Below are positions 8,768-18,176 of a stretch of 40,965 nt of DNA, piece by piece (position 1 is the first letter of the stretch; each line of letters starts with the position of its first letter). The stretch is from positions 1-40,965 of the IMG/VR virus record IMGVR_UViG_2541047735_000003, one strand, 5' to 3'. The position numbers and the translations under genes are program-made. A model generated the notes under the pieces. The model saw only the letters and a program-made list of their open reading frames with translations. It was not told the DNA's origin and ran no database searches. This stretch comes from a virus (lineage: Duplodnaviria; Heunggongvirae; Uroviricota; Caudoviricetes).

Positions 8768-9271
8768 ATGGAAAGTAATATCAAAGGGTTAGTTGCCGCC
8801 GGGCATGAGATGGCTTCGGAACTGAAAGCAGAATGTGGTGCCGTTGATATGCGCAGTGTGGCAAAGCTGATCAGCGATTTGGCAACGCAACTGGAAGTGC
8901 AACTGGTGCGTGCTAATGCGCTGGCGGCGGAGAATGCGGGGCTGAAGTCTGCACACCCTCAACCATTCGGACCTGAGATGATGAAGGCTCTTGATGCGTA
9001 TGAGAAGCATCAGGATGAAGTGCCGGAGACTGGGATGCTTGATGCATTTTTCATCTTGCGCGACAGCATCCGTGTTGAAACCCCAGCCACCGACGCTTTT
9101 CTGGCTGAAGTACGGGCGCAGGGCGTGGAGATGCTGGCAAAAAATCATCAAAGTATCGTCAATGCACTTAAGGGGGATTCTTTATTTTCTGATGGTGAAT
9201 ACCGGCATGCAATTATCGCTTCCGCAGCAACATCTTTCGCCGCAGAGCTTCGCAAAGGAGGCAACCAGTGA
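8768..9271 (+). CDS. Ead/Ea22-like protein
   Basis: 167-aa acidic coiled-coil-like protein in the early accessory region; recalled family resemblance only. Confidence 0.45.
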   Translation: MESNIKGLVAAGHEMASELKAECGAVDMRSVAKLISDLATQLEVQLVRANALAAENAGLKSAHPQPFGPEMMKALDAYEKHQDEVPETGMLDAFFILRDSIRVETPATDAFLAEVRAQGVEMLAKNHQSIVNALKGDSLFSDGEYRHAIIASAATSFAAELRKGGNQ

Positions 9272-9798
9272 GCAAGATTGATTATCAAAAGCTTCGTGAA
9301 ATCGCTGAAAAAACAAAAATTGCTGGTGAAGCACCTGTAATGCCTTTCGATCAGCGAATTAATGCGCTTAACGATTTTATGAAGCACTTTTCGCCAGATA
9401 TCGCGCTGGCATTGTTGGATGAACGGGAAAGAAACCTGCAATACATCAAAAGCCGCGATCAGGAGAACGAGGATATTGCGCTAACGGTAGGGAAGCTGCG
9501 TGTTGAGCTGGAAGCTGCAGAGAAGCGCATTGCAGAACTGGAAGCCGAACCTGTAAGCCAAACTTACAAGTTGAACGAGCTGTCGGGCAACTATCCGGTA
9601 ACTCCGGATGGTTGGATAAGCTGTAGTGAGCGAATGCCCGCTCAAGATGATTGGATTTTAATTTATTCAAAGCACGGCGAGTATATGGCAGGACAGGTAC
9701 AAGGGGAATACGTGGAGTTGAGCGACGGCACTTTATCGTGGTTAGGGAACGCCTTGTTCTGGATGCCGCTACCAGAACCGCCGCAGGAGGTGAAGTGA
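9268..9798 (+). CDS. Ead/Ea22-like protein with DUF551-like C-terminus
   Basis: 176-aa; coiled-coil N-terminus and C-terminal WISCSERMP...WILIYSKHGEY...LFWMPLPEPP resembling DUF551. Confidence 0.5.
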   Translation: MSKIDYQKLREIAEKTKIAGEAPVMPFDQRINALNDFMKHFSPDIALALLDERERNLQYIKSRDQENEDIALTVGKLRVELEAAEKRIAELEAEPVSQTYKLNELSGNYPVTPDGWISCSERMPAQDDWILIYSKHGEYMAGQVQGEYVELSDGTLSWLGNALFWMPLPEPPQEVK

Positions 9799-9920
9799 TG
9801 AACAAGTGCAACGCTCTGCTTTATGCCATGGTGATTGGTTTCGGCCTGGCTGCTGGTATCCGGGTTTATATTACCTGGGAGTCATTAATCAATCTGGCGT
9901 GGAGTGCGATTCGTGGCTAA
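9799..9920 (+). CDS. Hypothetical small membrane protein (40 aa)
   Basis: MNKCNALLYAMVIGFGLAAGIRVYITWESLINLAWSAIRG; single hydrophobic helix; ATG directly after the upstream stop. Confidence 0.3.
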
Positions 9921-10251
9921 ATCCCCCGCAGAACGCAAAGCCGCGCAGCGCGCTCGGCAGTCCGCCGCCGGTGAGCGCAAAATTGAACTGGTGCTGGATA
10001 AGCAGGAGCAGGAAATGCTGGAGCGTAACTGTGCCACGCGTCGCCCCGGGCGTGCGCCTTACGAATTTGGTGAGTATATAGCGTTACTGACCCGCCAGGA
10101 TGATGCACGCGTGCGCGGGCGTATAAAATCGATCAGCAGAAAACGTTGCGGTAAGTGCGGCGAGAGAGTTCCAGTTAATTCATGCCCGTGTAATGGTGAC
10201 TCGCAATGCTGGGTGACCAAAGGCTGGCATGAAACGAAATTAATAGTGTGA
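9904..10251 (+). CDS. Hypothetical Cys-rich protein (CxxC...CPC), possible regulator
   Basis: 115 aa; C-terminal RKRCGKCGERVPVNSCPCNG zinc-finger-like cluster; GTG start (alternative GTG at 9913); its stop lies inside the GTGACATGTCAC palindrome. Confidence 0.4.
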   Translation: MRFVAKSPAERKAAQRARQSAAGERKIELVLDKQEQEMLERNCATRRPGRAPYEFGEYIALLTRQDDARVRGRIKSISRKRCGKCGERVPVNSCPCNGDSQCWVTKGWHETKLIV

Positions 10252-10260
10252 CATGTCACG
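10247..10260. repeat. 14-bp palindrome TGTGACATGTCACG (copy 1)
   Basis: Perfect 12-bp palindrome GTGACATGTCAC with conserved flanks; overlaps the stop of gene 9904..10251. Confidence 0.6.
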
Positions 10261-10268
10261 AAGGTGTT

Positions 10269-10481
10269 ATGCCAAAAATACGCTACGACCTTGAAGATAT
10301 GAGAGATAACTCAGCAAATTTTCCGAAAGAGGTTAAATTTCTCATGCATAAGTATGGTTGCGCCAGGAGGGATATAGTTATCGACAGTCAGCACCCTTGC
10401 GGCGAGGATGTAATTTTCATTCGCGGTAAATGGGAAGGGTATCTTGACGAGAGTTTTTACGATGAATTTGATGGACTTTGA
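10269..10481 (+). CDS. Hypothetical protein
   Basis: ORF-track frame 10248..10481; ATG at 10269 (MPKIRYD) preceded by GAAGGTG; no motif. Confidence 0.4.
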   Translation: MPKIRYDLEDMRDNSANFPKEVKFLMHKYGCARRDIVIDSQHPCGEDVIFIRGKWEGYLDESFYDEFDGL

Positions 10482-10523
10482 ATACTGCCGCCAACTATGG
10501 CGGCTTTATTTTGCATGGTACTA

Positions 10524-10538
10524 TTACCACAACGGTAA
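10524..10538. promoter_or_regulatory. Operator palindrome TTACCACAACGGTAA upstream of terminase small subunit
   Basis: Perfect site 17 nt upstream of ATG 10556. Confidence 0.55.
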
Positions 10539-10555
10539 CTATTACCACGGTGGTT

Positions 10556-11152
10556 ATGATGCCTGCTGAACCTAAAACCTATAAACGCAAATCAACGCAA
10601 TTTAAGCCACTAACAGCAATGCAGGAGGCTTATTGCCAGTCATACATCAAAACGCCTGAAAACCAGACTCAGGCAGCGATTAACGCAGGATTCTCCCCAA
10701 ATACAGCGGCAGTTAAAGCCAGTGTCATGATGCGCGATGAACGCATTCAAAAACGGATTGCCGAGTTGATGGAGGAGCGCAACAAACGAATGCGCGTCAG
10801 TGCTGATTACGTTCTCATGCGCCTGGTGGAGATCGACCAGATGGACGTGATCGACATCCTCAACGACGATGGGAGCCTTAAGCCAATCCGCGAGTGGCCG
10901 AAAATCTGGCGCACTACGCTTAGTGGCTTTGATCTGTCATCGACCATCATGAACATGAACGAGGATTCGATAGAGACAATCCTCAAAAAAATTAAATGGC
11001 CTGACAAGGTGAAGAACCTCGAACTGATTGGTAAGCACGTCGACGTCAACGCATTCAAAGAACGCCTGGATGTTAATGTGAATGTGACAATTGCTGATCG
11101 CATAGCGGCAGCCAGGAAGAGACTGAAAGAACGTCAGGATGGCAATCAGTGA
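10556..11152 (+). CDS. Terminase small subunit
   Basis: Directly upstream of and overlapping the large terminase; about 199 aa from ATG 10556 (ORF-track frame opens at TTG 10478); small-terminase-like region TPENQTQAAINAGFSPNTAAVKASVMM. Confidence 0.65.
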   Translation: MMPAEPKTYKRKSTQFKPLTAMQEAYCQSYIKTPENQTQAAINAGFSPNTAAVKASVMMRDERIQKRIAELMEERNKRMRVSADYVLMRLVEIDQMDVIDILNDDGSLKPIREWPKIWRTTLSGFDLSSTIMNMNEDSIETILKKIKWPDKVKNLELIGKHVDVNAFKERLDVNVNVTIADRIAAARKRLKERQDGNQ

Positions 11153-12624
11153 CAGATACAGCGTTATCTCCTGAAGAGCAGTTAATCGAGGATATTGCAG
11201 GGTTCACTCACGATCCGCTTGGCTATGCCCTCTATGCGTTCCCGTGGGGGGAAGAGGGTACTGAACTGGCACATGCCACCGGTCCACGTCAGTGGCAGGC
11301 CGATGCGTTCCGAGAGATACGTGATCACCTGCAGAATCCAGAGACGCGATATCAGCCGCTTATGCTGGCACGTGCTTCTGGTCACGGTATTGGTAAATCC
11401 GCATTCATCTCAATGCTGATCAACTGGGGCATGTCCACTTGCGAGGATTGTAAGGTCGTGGTGACCGCCAACACCGACAACCAGCTACGAACGAAGACCT
11501 GGCCGGAAATTATCAAGTGGTCAAACCTTGCTATCACGAAAGACTGGTTTACCTGTACCGCTACCGCGATGTACAGCAATGACCCTGGGCACGACAAGCG
11601 GTGGCGAGCTGACGCAATCCCCTGGTCTGAGCACAACACTGAGGCATTCGCCGGACTACACAACGAGCGTAAACGCATCATCGTGGTATTTGATGAAGCG
11701 TCGAACATTGCGGATCTGGTGTGGGAAGTTGCCGAGGGTGCGCTAACGGACGAAGACACTGAGATTATCTGGGTGGCTTTCGGAAACCCTACACGTAACA
11801 CCGGGCGTTTCCGTGAATGTTTCCGCAAATACAAACACCGCTGGAAAACTGCGCAGATTGACAGCAGGACGGTGGAAGGCACCAACAAACAGCAGTTGCA
11901 GAAATGGGTTGATGACTACGGGGAAGATAGCGACTTCGTTAAAATCCGTGTGCGTGGCATATTCCCTGATGCATCTGAATTGCAGTTTATCCCTACCGGT
12001 CTTACTGACGAGGCAATGAAACGGGTGGTAACTGCTGCGCAGGTGGCACATGCTCCGGTGATAATCGGCGTTGACCCGGCATACTCCGGCGTTGATGACG
12101 CTGTGATATACCTGCGGCAGGGGCTACACAGTAAGGTGCTGTGGACTGGCAACAAGACTACCGACGATCTGATTATGGCGAAGCGTATCGCTGACTTTGA
12201 AGACCAGTATCAGGCTGACGCGGTGTTCATCGACTTCGGTTACGGAACCGGTTTGAAGTCAATCGGTGACGGCTGGGGTCGTACATGGCAACTTGTTCCG
12301 TTCGGTGGCGCGTCTACTGACCAGCAGATGCTCAACAAGCGTGGGGAGATGTTCAACTCATGCAAGACATGGCTGAGGCTGGGCGGCATGCTTGATGACC
12401 AGGAAACAGCGGACGACCTGTCGGCGGCAGAGTACAAAGTTCGAGTGGACGGTAAAATCGTTATCGAACCGAAGGAAGATATCAAGGAGCGGCTTGGGCG
12501 TTCTCCTGGTAAAGGCGATGCGCTACTGCTGACGTTTGCGTTCCCGGTGTCAAAGCGCCTGCGAATTCCCGGGCAGCAGAACCAGCAAGGCAAGGCCATT
12601 ACAGATTACGATCCCTATGCTTAA
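11149..12624 (+). CDS. Terminase large subunit
   Basis: 491-aa protein; ATPase-like region (LARASGHGIGKSAF, VVFDEASNI) followed by a nuclease-like C-terminal half; canonical position after the small subunit. Confidence 0.85.
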   Translation: MTDTALSPEEQLIEDIAGFTHDPLGYALYAFPWGEEGTELAHATGPRQWQADAFREIRDHLQNPETRYQPLMLARASGHGIGKSAFISMLINWGMSTCEDCKVVVTANTDNQLRTKTWPEIIKWSNLAITKDWFTCTATAMYSNDPGHDKRWRADAIPWSEHNTEAFAGLHNERKRIIVVFDEASNIADLVWEVAEGALTDEDTEIIWVAFGNPTRNTGRFRECFRKYKHRWKTAQIDSRTVEGTNKQQLQKWVDDYGEDSDFVKIRVRGIFPDASELQFIPTGLTDEAMKRVVTAAQVAHAPVIIGVDPAYSGVDDAVIYLRQGLHSKVLWTGNKTTDDLIMAKRIADFEDQYQADAVFIDFGYGTGLKSIGDGWGRTWQLVPFGGASTDQQMLNKRGEMFNSCKTWLRLGGMLDDQETADDLSAAEYKVRVDGKIVIEPKEDIKERLGRSPGKGDALLLTFAFPVSKRLRIPGQQNQQGKAITDYDPYA

Positions 12625-12674
12625 TCCGTTAGCGGGGATAATGACGGAGATATCCTCTGGTGAGGATAAAACAA

Positions 12675-12694
12675 AGCCAGCTCATCGGCTGGCT
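12675..12694. terminator. Bidirectional stem-loop between terminase and convergent moron gene
   Basis: AGCCAGC-TCATCG-GCTGGCT with T-rich sequence on both strands. Confidence 0.45.
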
Positions 12695-12697
12695 GTT

Positions 12698-12711
12698 TGT
12701 GACATGTCACG
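12698..12711. repeat. 14-bp palindrome TGTGACATGTCACG (copy 2)
   Basis: Identical 14-mer between the terminase stop and the convergent minus-strand gene, immediately after hairpin 12675-12694. Confidence 0.6.
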
Positions 12712-12714
12712 GTG

Positions 12715-13086
12715 TTATTGCTCGCTTAACTTCTGCTTCAGCAAGTAACCTTCAAGCATCCAGATTTTGTTTACAGCATTCTGCCGGGCAATCTTCCGAC
12801 CAATTTCCGCATCAAAGTTTTCTGGGCTTGCACAGGCGCTCTCTCCGGTGACGGTGAAGCCGTTGCGCAGCACCAGAACGCAGAACGTCAGCAGAGAAAG
12901 TGATTCGTTCGGCTGGTAGTTTACCTCTCCGCCAGTATGTTTCGCTTTTATGGCCACGCCAAAGACACCATCTTCTGCTGTGAAATATGCCTCCTGAGCA
13001 ATAATGCTCTCGATATGGTCTGGCGTAACGCGCGGCGCGGCTAAACCTTTAGCCTGAATTTCAGATTCAATGTCTTTGTCACTCAT
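12715..13086 (-). CDS. Hypothetical phage protein (moron, opposite strand)
   Basis: 123-aa ORF on the minus strand between terminase and portal, co-oriented with the tRNA; bounded by a hairpin and the 14-bp palindrome. Confidence 0.5.
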   Translation of the reverse strand: MSDKDIESEIQAKGLAAPRVTPDHIESIIAQEAYFTAEDGVFGVAIKAKHTGGEVNYQPNESLSLLTFCVLVLRNGFTVTGESACASPENFDAEIGRKIARQNAVNKIWMLEGYLLKQKLSEQ

Positions 13087-13289
13087 AGTCTATTCTCAAC
13101 TTAAAAAAATGCCCGGCGAACCGGGCGAACTGGAGGCAATGAGTTATGCCTTCCGTGGCTGTACTGGTTTACAGCATGAAGTCATCGCAATGGCGTCCTG
13201 CTGTAAAAATGGCGGTGATAGTCCTTCAAGGGAAACCATCACCGCCAAGCCCCTGGAACTTCTGGCATCACGGTCCTTAGGCGTGATTC

Positions 13290-13366
13290 TGGCGTGGCAT
13301 GCAGGATTCGAACCTGCGACCAACCGCTTAGAAGGCGGTTGCTCTGTCCAACTGAGCTAATGCCAC
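13290..13366 (-). tRNA. tRNA-Arg (anticodon UCU)
   Basis: Minus strand reads GTGGCATTAGCTCAGTTGGACAGAGCAACCGCCTTCTAAGCGGTTGGTCGCAGGTTCGAATCCTGCATGCCACGCCA: 7-bp acceptor stem, D-arm, anticodon loop CTTCTAA (anticodon TCT), T-loop GGTTCGAATCC, encoded CCA. Confidence 0.85.
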
Positions 13367-13688
13367 AACGCTGAGAGCACTTAGCCTGTTAAGGCACCAC
13401 ACTTTGTCGCGGCTCCATAAATGCTCTCATCGTTGCACCCTCGTCTCTTCCGAGGTGTCACACCGAATCGCCGGGATGGTGAATCCCCGTGCGCGGAATA
13501 AAACCGCTCGACTTGCACATTCCGGCTACCTGGTTCGTTTGCCATAGCAAGGGAGGGTGCCCCTTAAACGTATCCAGACCGCTATCGGCGCATGTGCCAT
13601 ACACCGTACTGCTCAAAATAAAAGCTCACCCCACCTGTTCAATTTAACGACAAGCCAGTCAGGTTAATAACCGGAATGAACTCTTTGC

Positions 13689-13703
13689 TTACCTGAAAGG
13701 TAA
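13689..13703. promoter_or_regulatory. Operator palindrome TTACCTGAAAGGTAA upstream of portal operon
   Basis: Perfect site about 90 bp upstream of ATG 13794; identical 15-mer to the site at 34333. Confidence 0.55.
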
Positions 13704-13793
13704 TAATTAGTGCGTTAAATGTCAAGTATCTACGATAAATAAATCACATGTGGTTAAATTGGTAATAATTTAATTGCGTACGGAGTCATTGAT

Positions 13794-14000
13794 ATGTGCA
13801 TGGGTAGCTCACCATCAGTGCCTGCAACACCAGAAGTTCAGGCAGCACCACAGGAGCAGGATGCCGCCGTTGTTGATGCCCGCGACGAAGAAACTCGTCG
13901 CCGTCGCGCTGCTGCTGGTCGTAGTTCTACGCTGCTTACCGGTTCTCAGGGCGACACATCAACCGCTAATACCAGCGGTAAAACGCTACTTGGTCAGTAA
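13794..14000 (+). CDS. Hypothetical small protein preceding portal
   Basis: 68-aa ORF with GGAGT upstream of ATG; first gene of the rightward structural operon. Confidence 0.45.
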   Translation: MCMGSSPSVPATPEVQAAPQEQDAAVVDARDEETRRRRAAAGRSSTLLTGSQGDTSTANTSGKTLLGQ

Positions 14001-14014
14001 CCGGAGTCATTGAA

Positions 14015-15694
14015 ATGGCGGAAACAACTAAAGAGCGATTGAACAAACAGTTCGCACAACTTGAAAGCGAGCGTCAGTCGTTCGAGCCGCACTGGCGCGA
14101 GTTGAGTGATTACATCAACCCGCGTGGTTCCCGCTTTCTGACTTCTGAGGTCAACCGTAACGATCGACGCAATACACGTATTATTGATTCGACCGGGACT
14201 ATGGCGGCGCGCACTCTCGCCAGCGGCATGATGTCAGGCATCACAAGCCCCGCGCGTCCGTGGTTTCGCCTGGCTACGCCAGATCCTGAAATGATGGATT
14301 ATGGCCCTGTTAAGTTGTGGCTTGAGGTGGTGCAGAACCGCATGAACGATATGTTCAATAAGTCGAATCTCTACCAGTCTCTTCCGCAGTTATACGGAAG
14401 CCTCGGCACATACAGCACTGGTGCAATGGCAGTGCTGGAGGATGACGAGGACATCATTCGCACAATGCCATTCCCGATAGGCAGTTACTACCTGGCTAAC
14501 TCACCTCGTGGCAGTGTGGACACCTGTTTTCGCAAGTTCTCTATGACTGTTCGTCAGCTTGTTCAGGAGTTCGGGCTAAATAACGTCAGCGAATCCGTAA
14601 AAAGCATGTGGGAAAGCGGCACCTACGAGAAGTGGATTGAAGTGATGCATTCGGTTTACCCGAACATTGACCGCGATACATCGAAGCTGGATAGCAAGAA
14701 CAAGCCATTCAAATCGGTTTATTACGAGGTTGGTGGCGATAACGACAAGTTGTTGCGTGAGTCCGGATTCGATGAGTTTCCAATTATGGCTCCGCGCTGG
14801 GAAGTTAACGGCGAAGATGTTTATGGATCATCATGCCCGGGTATGCTGGCGCTTGGACCTGTTAAGGCATTGCAGCTTCTCCAGAAGCGCAAGTCGCAGT
14901 TGATTGATAAAGCCACCAATCCGCCGATGGTTGCTCCGACTTCCCTCAAGAATCAGCGTGCCTCCCTTCTTCCTGGCGACATCACGTATATCGATCAGAT
15001 TACTGGTCAGGATGGTTTCAGGCCTGCTTATCTGGTTAACCCCAGTACAGCAGATTTGGTGGCAGACATTCAGGACACTCGTCAAATCATTAACAGCGCC
15101 TACTTTGTCGATCTGTTCATGATGTTGCAGAACATCAATACCCGCTCGATGCCTGTTGAAGCGGTGATCGAAATGAAAGAAGAAAAACTTCTGATGTTGG
15201 GGCCGGTTCTGGAGCGTCTGAACGACGAATGTCTTAATCCTCTCATTGACCGCTCTTTCTCGATGATGGTGCGTAAAAACATGCTGCCGCCACCGCCAGA
15301 CGTGATGGAAGGTATGCCCCTGAAGGTCGAATACATTTCCGTCATGGCTCAGGCGCAGAAGTCTATCGGCCTGTCCAGTCTGGCGTCCACGGTTAACTTC
15401 ATTGGTCAACTTGCGCAAGCGAAACCAGAAGCTCTCGACAAACTCAACGTTGATCAGGCGATCGATGCATTCGCTGATATGTCCGGAGTGTCTCCAACCG
15501 TCATTGTTCCGCAGGAACAGGTTGAGCAGGCTCGCCAGCAACGGGCACAGCAGCAACAGCAGCAACAAATGATGGCGATGGGGATGGCGGCGGCACAGGG
15601 TGCCAAGACGCTAAGCGAAGCTAAAACTTCGGATCCGAGTGTTTTGTCAGCTATGGCGAATGCAGTTAGTGGTCAGGGTGGGCAATCACAATGA
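14015..15694 (+). CDS. Portal (head-to-tail connector) protein
   Basis: 559-aa protein immediately after the terminase module, typical portal size; glutamine-rich C-terminus. Confidence 0.75.
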   Translation: MAETTKERLNKQFAQLESERQSFEPHWRELSDYINPRGSRFLTSEVNRNDRRNTRIIDSTGTMAARTLASGMMSGITSPARPWFRLATPDPEMMDYGPVKLWLEVVQNRMNDMFNKSNLYQSLPQLYGSLGTYSTGAMAVLEDDEDIIRTMPFPIGSYYLANSPRGSVDTCFRKFSMTVRQLVQEFGLNNVSESVKSMWESGTYEKWIEVMHSVYPNIDRDTSKLDSKNKPFKSVYYEVGGDNDKLLRESGFDEFPIMAPRWEVNGEDVYGSSCPGMLALGPVKALQLLQKRKSQLIDKATNPPMVAPTSLKNQRASLLPGDITYIDQITGQDGFRPAYLVNPSTADLVADIQDTRQIINSAYFVDLFMMLQNINTRSMPVEAVIEMKEEKLLMLGPVLERLNDECLNPLIDRSFSMMVRKNMLPPPPDVMEGMPLKVEYISVMAQAQKSIGLSSLASTVNFIGQLAQAKPEALDKLNVDQAIDAFADMSGVSPTVIVPQEQVEQARQQRAQQQQQQQMMAMGMAAAQGAKTLSEAKTSDPSVLSAMANAVSGQGGQSQ

Positions 15695-15987
15695 CAGATT
15701 ACGAAGACGATCAACTGAAAGAAGAAAACGCCCGTAAGCAACGTGACATGGCACAGCGTGAAATTGATGACATTCGCTTTGTCATGAGCAGTGAACAGGG
15801 GCGTCGCGTTGTCTGGTCGGTGCTGGAGAAAGGCCGTGTGTTTTCTGCTATCTCACCGATGGACGCTATGGCTATGGCATTTAATGAGGGGCAACGCAAT
15901 CTGGCGCTGGAACTGTTTCAGCGCGTTATGGCGCATTGCCCTGAACAGTATTTGAAGATGGCCAAAGAGGCCAGTGAACAGGAGTGA
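15691..15987 (+). CDS. Hypothetical head-assembly protein
   Basis: 98-aa ORF overlapping the portal stop; position only. Confidence 0.4.
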   Translation: MTDYEDDQLKEENARKQRDMAQREIDDIRFVMSSEQGRRVVWSVLEKGRVFSAISPMDAMAMAFNEGQRNLALELFQRVMAHCPEQYLKMAKEASEQE

Positions 15988-15989
15988 TC

Positions 15990-16685
15990 ATGAATTTATT
16001 TGAGCGTTTGCTGTATCGCCGTCTTTGCAATGAGCAACCAGTCGATGGTGGAGCAGCTCCGGCTGCGTCAGAACCGTCAGCGCCTGCAGGTGATAACCCT
16101 GCTCCAGTTGGTGATCCATCACAATCGGAAGGTGATAAGCCACAACCTGTTGCTGATGGCGATAAACCTGCTGATGACAAAAAGCCTGAAAACGATAAGC
16201 AGGATGAAAAAAAGGACGGCGATAAACCAGAGGGTGCGCCTGAGAAGTACGAGTTTCAGGCTGCCGAAGGCGTAGAGCTGGATACAGAAGCGTTGAAGGA
16301 ATTCGAGCCTGTGGCGCGAGAACTTAACCTGACCAACGAGCAAGCGCAAAAGCTGGTTGATGCTTATCCGAAGATTCTGGCAGGTGTTCAGCAGCGCCAG
16401 GCAGAAGCCTGGCAGAAAACAACCGAGCAGTGGGCTGCGGATGTAAAAGCTGACAAAGAAATCGGTGGCGACAAGTTGATTTCTAACCTTAGCGCCGCAC
16501 AGCGTGCGCTTGACCAGTTCGGGACACCTGAGCTCAAAGAATATCTGAACACCACCGGGCTGGGTAATCACCCTGAACTGGTCAAAACGTTCGTGAAAAT
16601 CGGAAAGGCGATGTCTGAAGATGGCATGGTCACCGGTGGTAATGAAGGCCAGCGTAGTGCGGCCGAAGTGCTCTATGGCAAATAA
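15990..16685 (+). CDS. Scaffolding protein
   Basis: Acidic, Pro/Asp/Lys-rich low-complexity N-terminal half and helical C-terminal half; located between portal and major capsid; ATG 15990 preceded by CAGGAG. Confidence 0.6.
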   Translation: MNLFERLLYRRLCNEQPVDGGAAPAASEPSAPAGDNPAPVGDPSQSEGDKPQPVADGDKPADDKKPENDKQDEKKDGDKPEGAPEKYEFQAAEGVELDTEALKEFEPVARELNLTNEQAQKLVDAYPKILAGVQQRQAEAWQKTTEQWAADVKADKEIGGDKLISNLSAAQRALDQFGTPELKEYLNTTGLGNHPELVKTFVKIGKAMSEDGMVTGGNEGQRSAAEVLYGK

Positions 16686-16699
16686 GAGAGGAAATGACA

Positions 16700-17686
16700 A
16701 TGGCTGTTAAAGGCTTAACTGCGCTAACGCTGGCTGACTGGGGTAAGCGCGTCGATCCAAACGGGAAAGTCGATAAGATTATCGAGCTTCTCGGTCAAAC
16801 TAACCCGATCCTTCAGGATATGCCTTTTGTCGAAGGGAACCTTCCTACCGGACACCGAACCACCATTCGTTCTGGTTTACCTTCAGCTACCTGGCGTTTG
16901 CTGAACTATGGCGTACAGCCAAGCAAATCAACCACAGTGCAGGTAACCGATTCCGTTGGCATGCTGGAAACCTATGCTGAAGTCGATAAGTCACTGGCTG
17001 ATCTGAACGGCAATACCGCTGAATTCCGCCTGTCTGAAGACCGCGCATTTATTGAAGCGATGAATCAGCAGATGGCGCAGACGCTGTTTTATGGTGATTC
17101 CAGCGTTAACCCTCAGCAGTTTATGGGACTGTCCTCCCGCTATTCCAGCCTGTCTGCGGGTAATGCTCAGAACATCATTGATGCTGGTGGCACGGGTACA
17201 GATAACACCTCAATCTGGTTAGTGGTGTGGGGCGAAAACACCGTGCATGGCATCTTCCCGAAAGGGCAGAAGGCTGGCATCCAGATGGAAGATAAAGGCC
17301 AGGTGACACTGGAAGATGCTAATGGCGGCAAGTACGAAGGCTATCGCACCCATTACAAATGGGACAACGGACTTGCTCTGCGTGACTGGCGTTATGTTGT
17401 TCGCATTGCAAACATCGATGTCAGCAATCTTTCAGAACCTTCCTCTGCCGCAAATATTGCGAAGTTGATGGTTAAAGCACTGCATCGCATTCCAAACCGT
17501 GGAATGGGTCGCCCGGTGTTCTACATGAACCGCACTGTAGGCCAGGCTCTTGATCTGCAATCTCTGGAGAAAACATCTCTGGCGATCAGCGTAAAAGAGA
17601 CAGAAGGCGAGTGGTGGACTTCATTCCGTGGTGTACCAATCCGTGAAACTGATGCGCTTCTGGAAACAGAAGCCCGTGTGGTGTAA
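16700..17686 (+). CDS. Major capsid protein
   Basis: About 329-aa protein downstream of the scaffold gene, followed by a stem-loop; alternative ATG at 16694. Confidence 0.75.
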   Translation: MAVKGLTALTLADWGKRVDPNGKVDKIIELLGQTNPILQDMPFVEGNLPTGHRTTIRSGLPSATWRLLNYGVQPSKSTTVQVTDSVGMLETYAEVDKSLADLNGNTAEFRLSEDRAFIEAMNQQMAQTLFYGDSSVNPQQFMGLSSRYSSLSAGNAQNIIDAGGTGTDNTSIWLVVWGENTVHGIFPKGQKAGIQMEDKGQVTLEDANGGKYEGYRTHYKWDNGLALRDWRYVVRIANIDVSNLSEPSSAANIAKLMVKALHRIPNRGMGRPVFYMNRTVGQALDLQSLEKTSLAISVKETEGEWWTSFRGVPIRETDALLETEARVV

Positions 17687-17737
17687 CGCCTGTTATTAAC
17701 CAGTGGGTCGTAACAGGCCCACTAATGGAGAAAGAAG

Positions 17738-18175
17738 ATGATCACCGACAAACTGTTGATGTTCTCCGAAGCTCAGGCGGTTACGAATACCGCGGCTTCT
17801 ACTGACGTAATCGATCTCGGTCCAATTGATGGAAACCGTCGCGATATCGGCGTGGGTTATCCGCTTGAGTTTTGGGCGCTGGTTAACACAGCCGCCGCGG
17901 CAAGCGGTGATGCAACTGTAAACATCCAGTTGCAGACGAGTGAGAATAACAGCTCATGGACCACTATTTATGATAGTGGCGCACTGGCAAAGACCGCCCT
18001 GACAGCAGGTAAACGAGTTGTTTCTGCAAAGGTGCCTGCCGGTGTTCAGCGATATCTGCGTGTTAACTACTCCGTCGCAACTGGCCCACTTACGGCTGGC
18101 GAATTCACTGCTGGTATCAGTCTTGATGTTGATGCCAATACGCCGTATCCGATCCGCTCAAAAGTAACTGGTTAA
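17738..18175 (+). CDS. Hypothetical capsid-associated protein
   Basis: 145-aa ORF directly after the capsid gene; position only. Confidence 0.4.
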   Translation: MITDKLLMFSEAQAVTNTAASTDVIDLGPIDGNRRDIGVGYPLEFWALVNTAAAASGDATVNIQLQTSENNSSWTTIYDSGALAKTALTAGKRVVSAKVPAGVQRYLRVNYSVATGPLTAGEFTAGISLDVDANTPYPIRSKVTG

Positions 18176-18176
18176 G

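Noticed and set aside
10247-10260. TGTGACATGTCACG as a CRP binding site
   Set aside because: CRP sites have TGTGA and TCACA half-sites separated by 6 bp; here they are separated by 2 bp, so the geometry does not fit.
13070-13360. 96-aa plus-strand ORF overlapping the tRNA
   Set aside because: Its 3' end is the reverse complement of the tRNA-Arg sequence and it has no start context; the tRNA structure explains the region better.
13290-13366. tRNA-Arg as the prophage integration target
   Set aside because: The tRNA sits between terminase and portal with phage genes on both sides, while the integrase is at the far left end; it is phage-encoded cargo.
14831-15568. Long minus-strand ORFs antisense to structural genes (also 16119..16700, 19239..19943, 26485..27309, 27096..27737, 38562..39218)
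   Set aside because: They lie wholly inside strongly supported plus-strand genes in a tightly coupled operon and have no recognisable motifs or ribosome-binding sites; treated as chance antisense frames.
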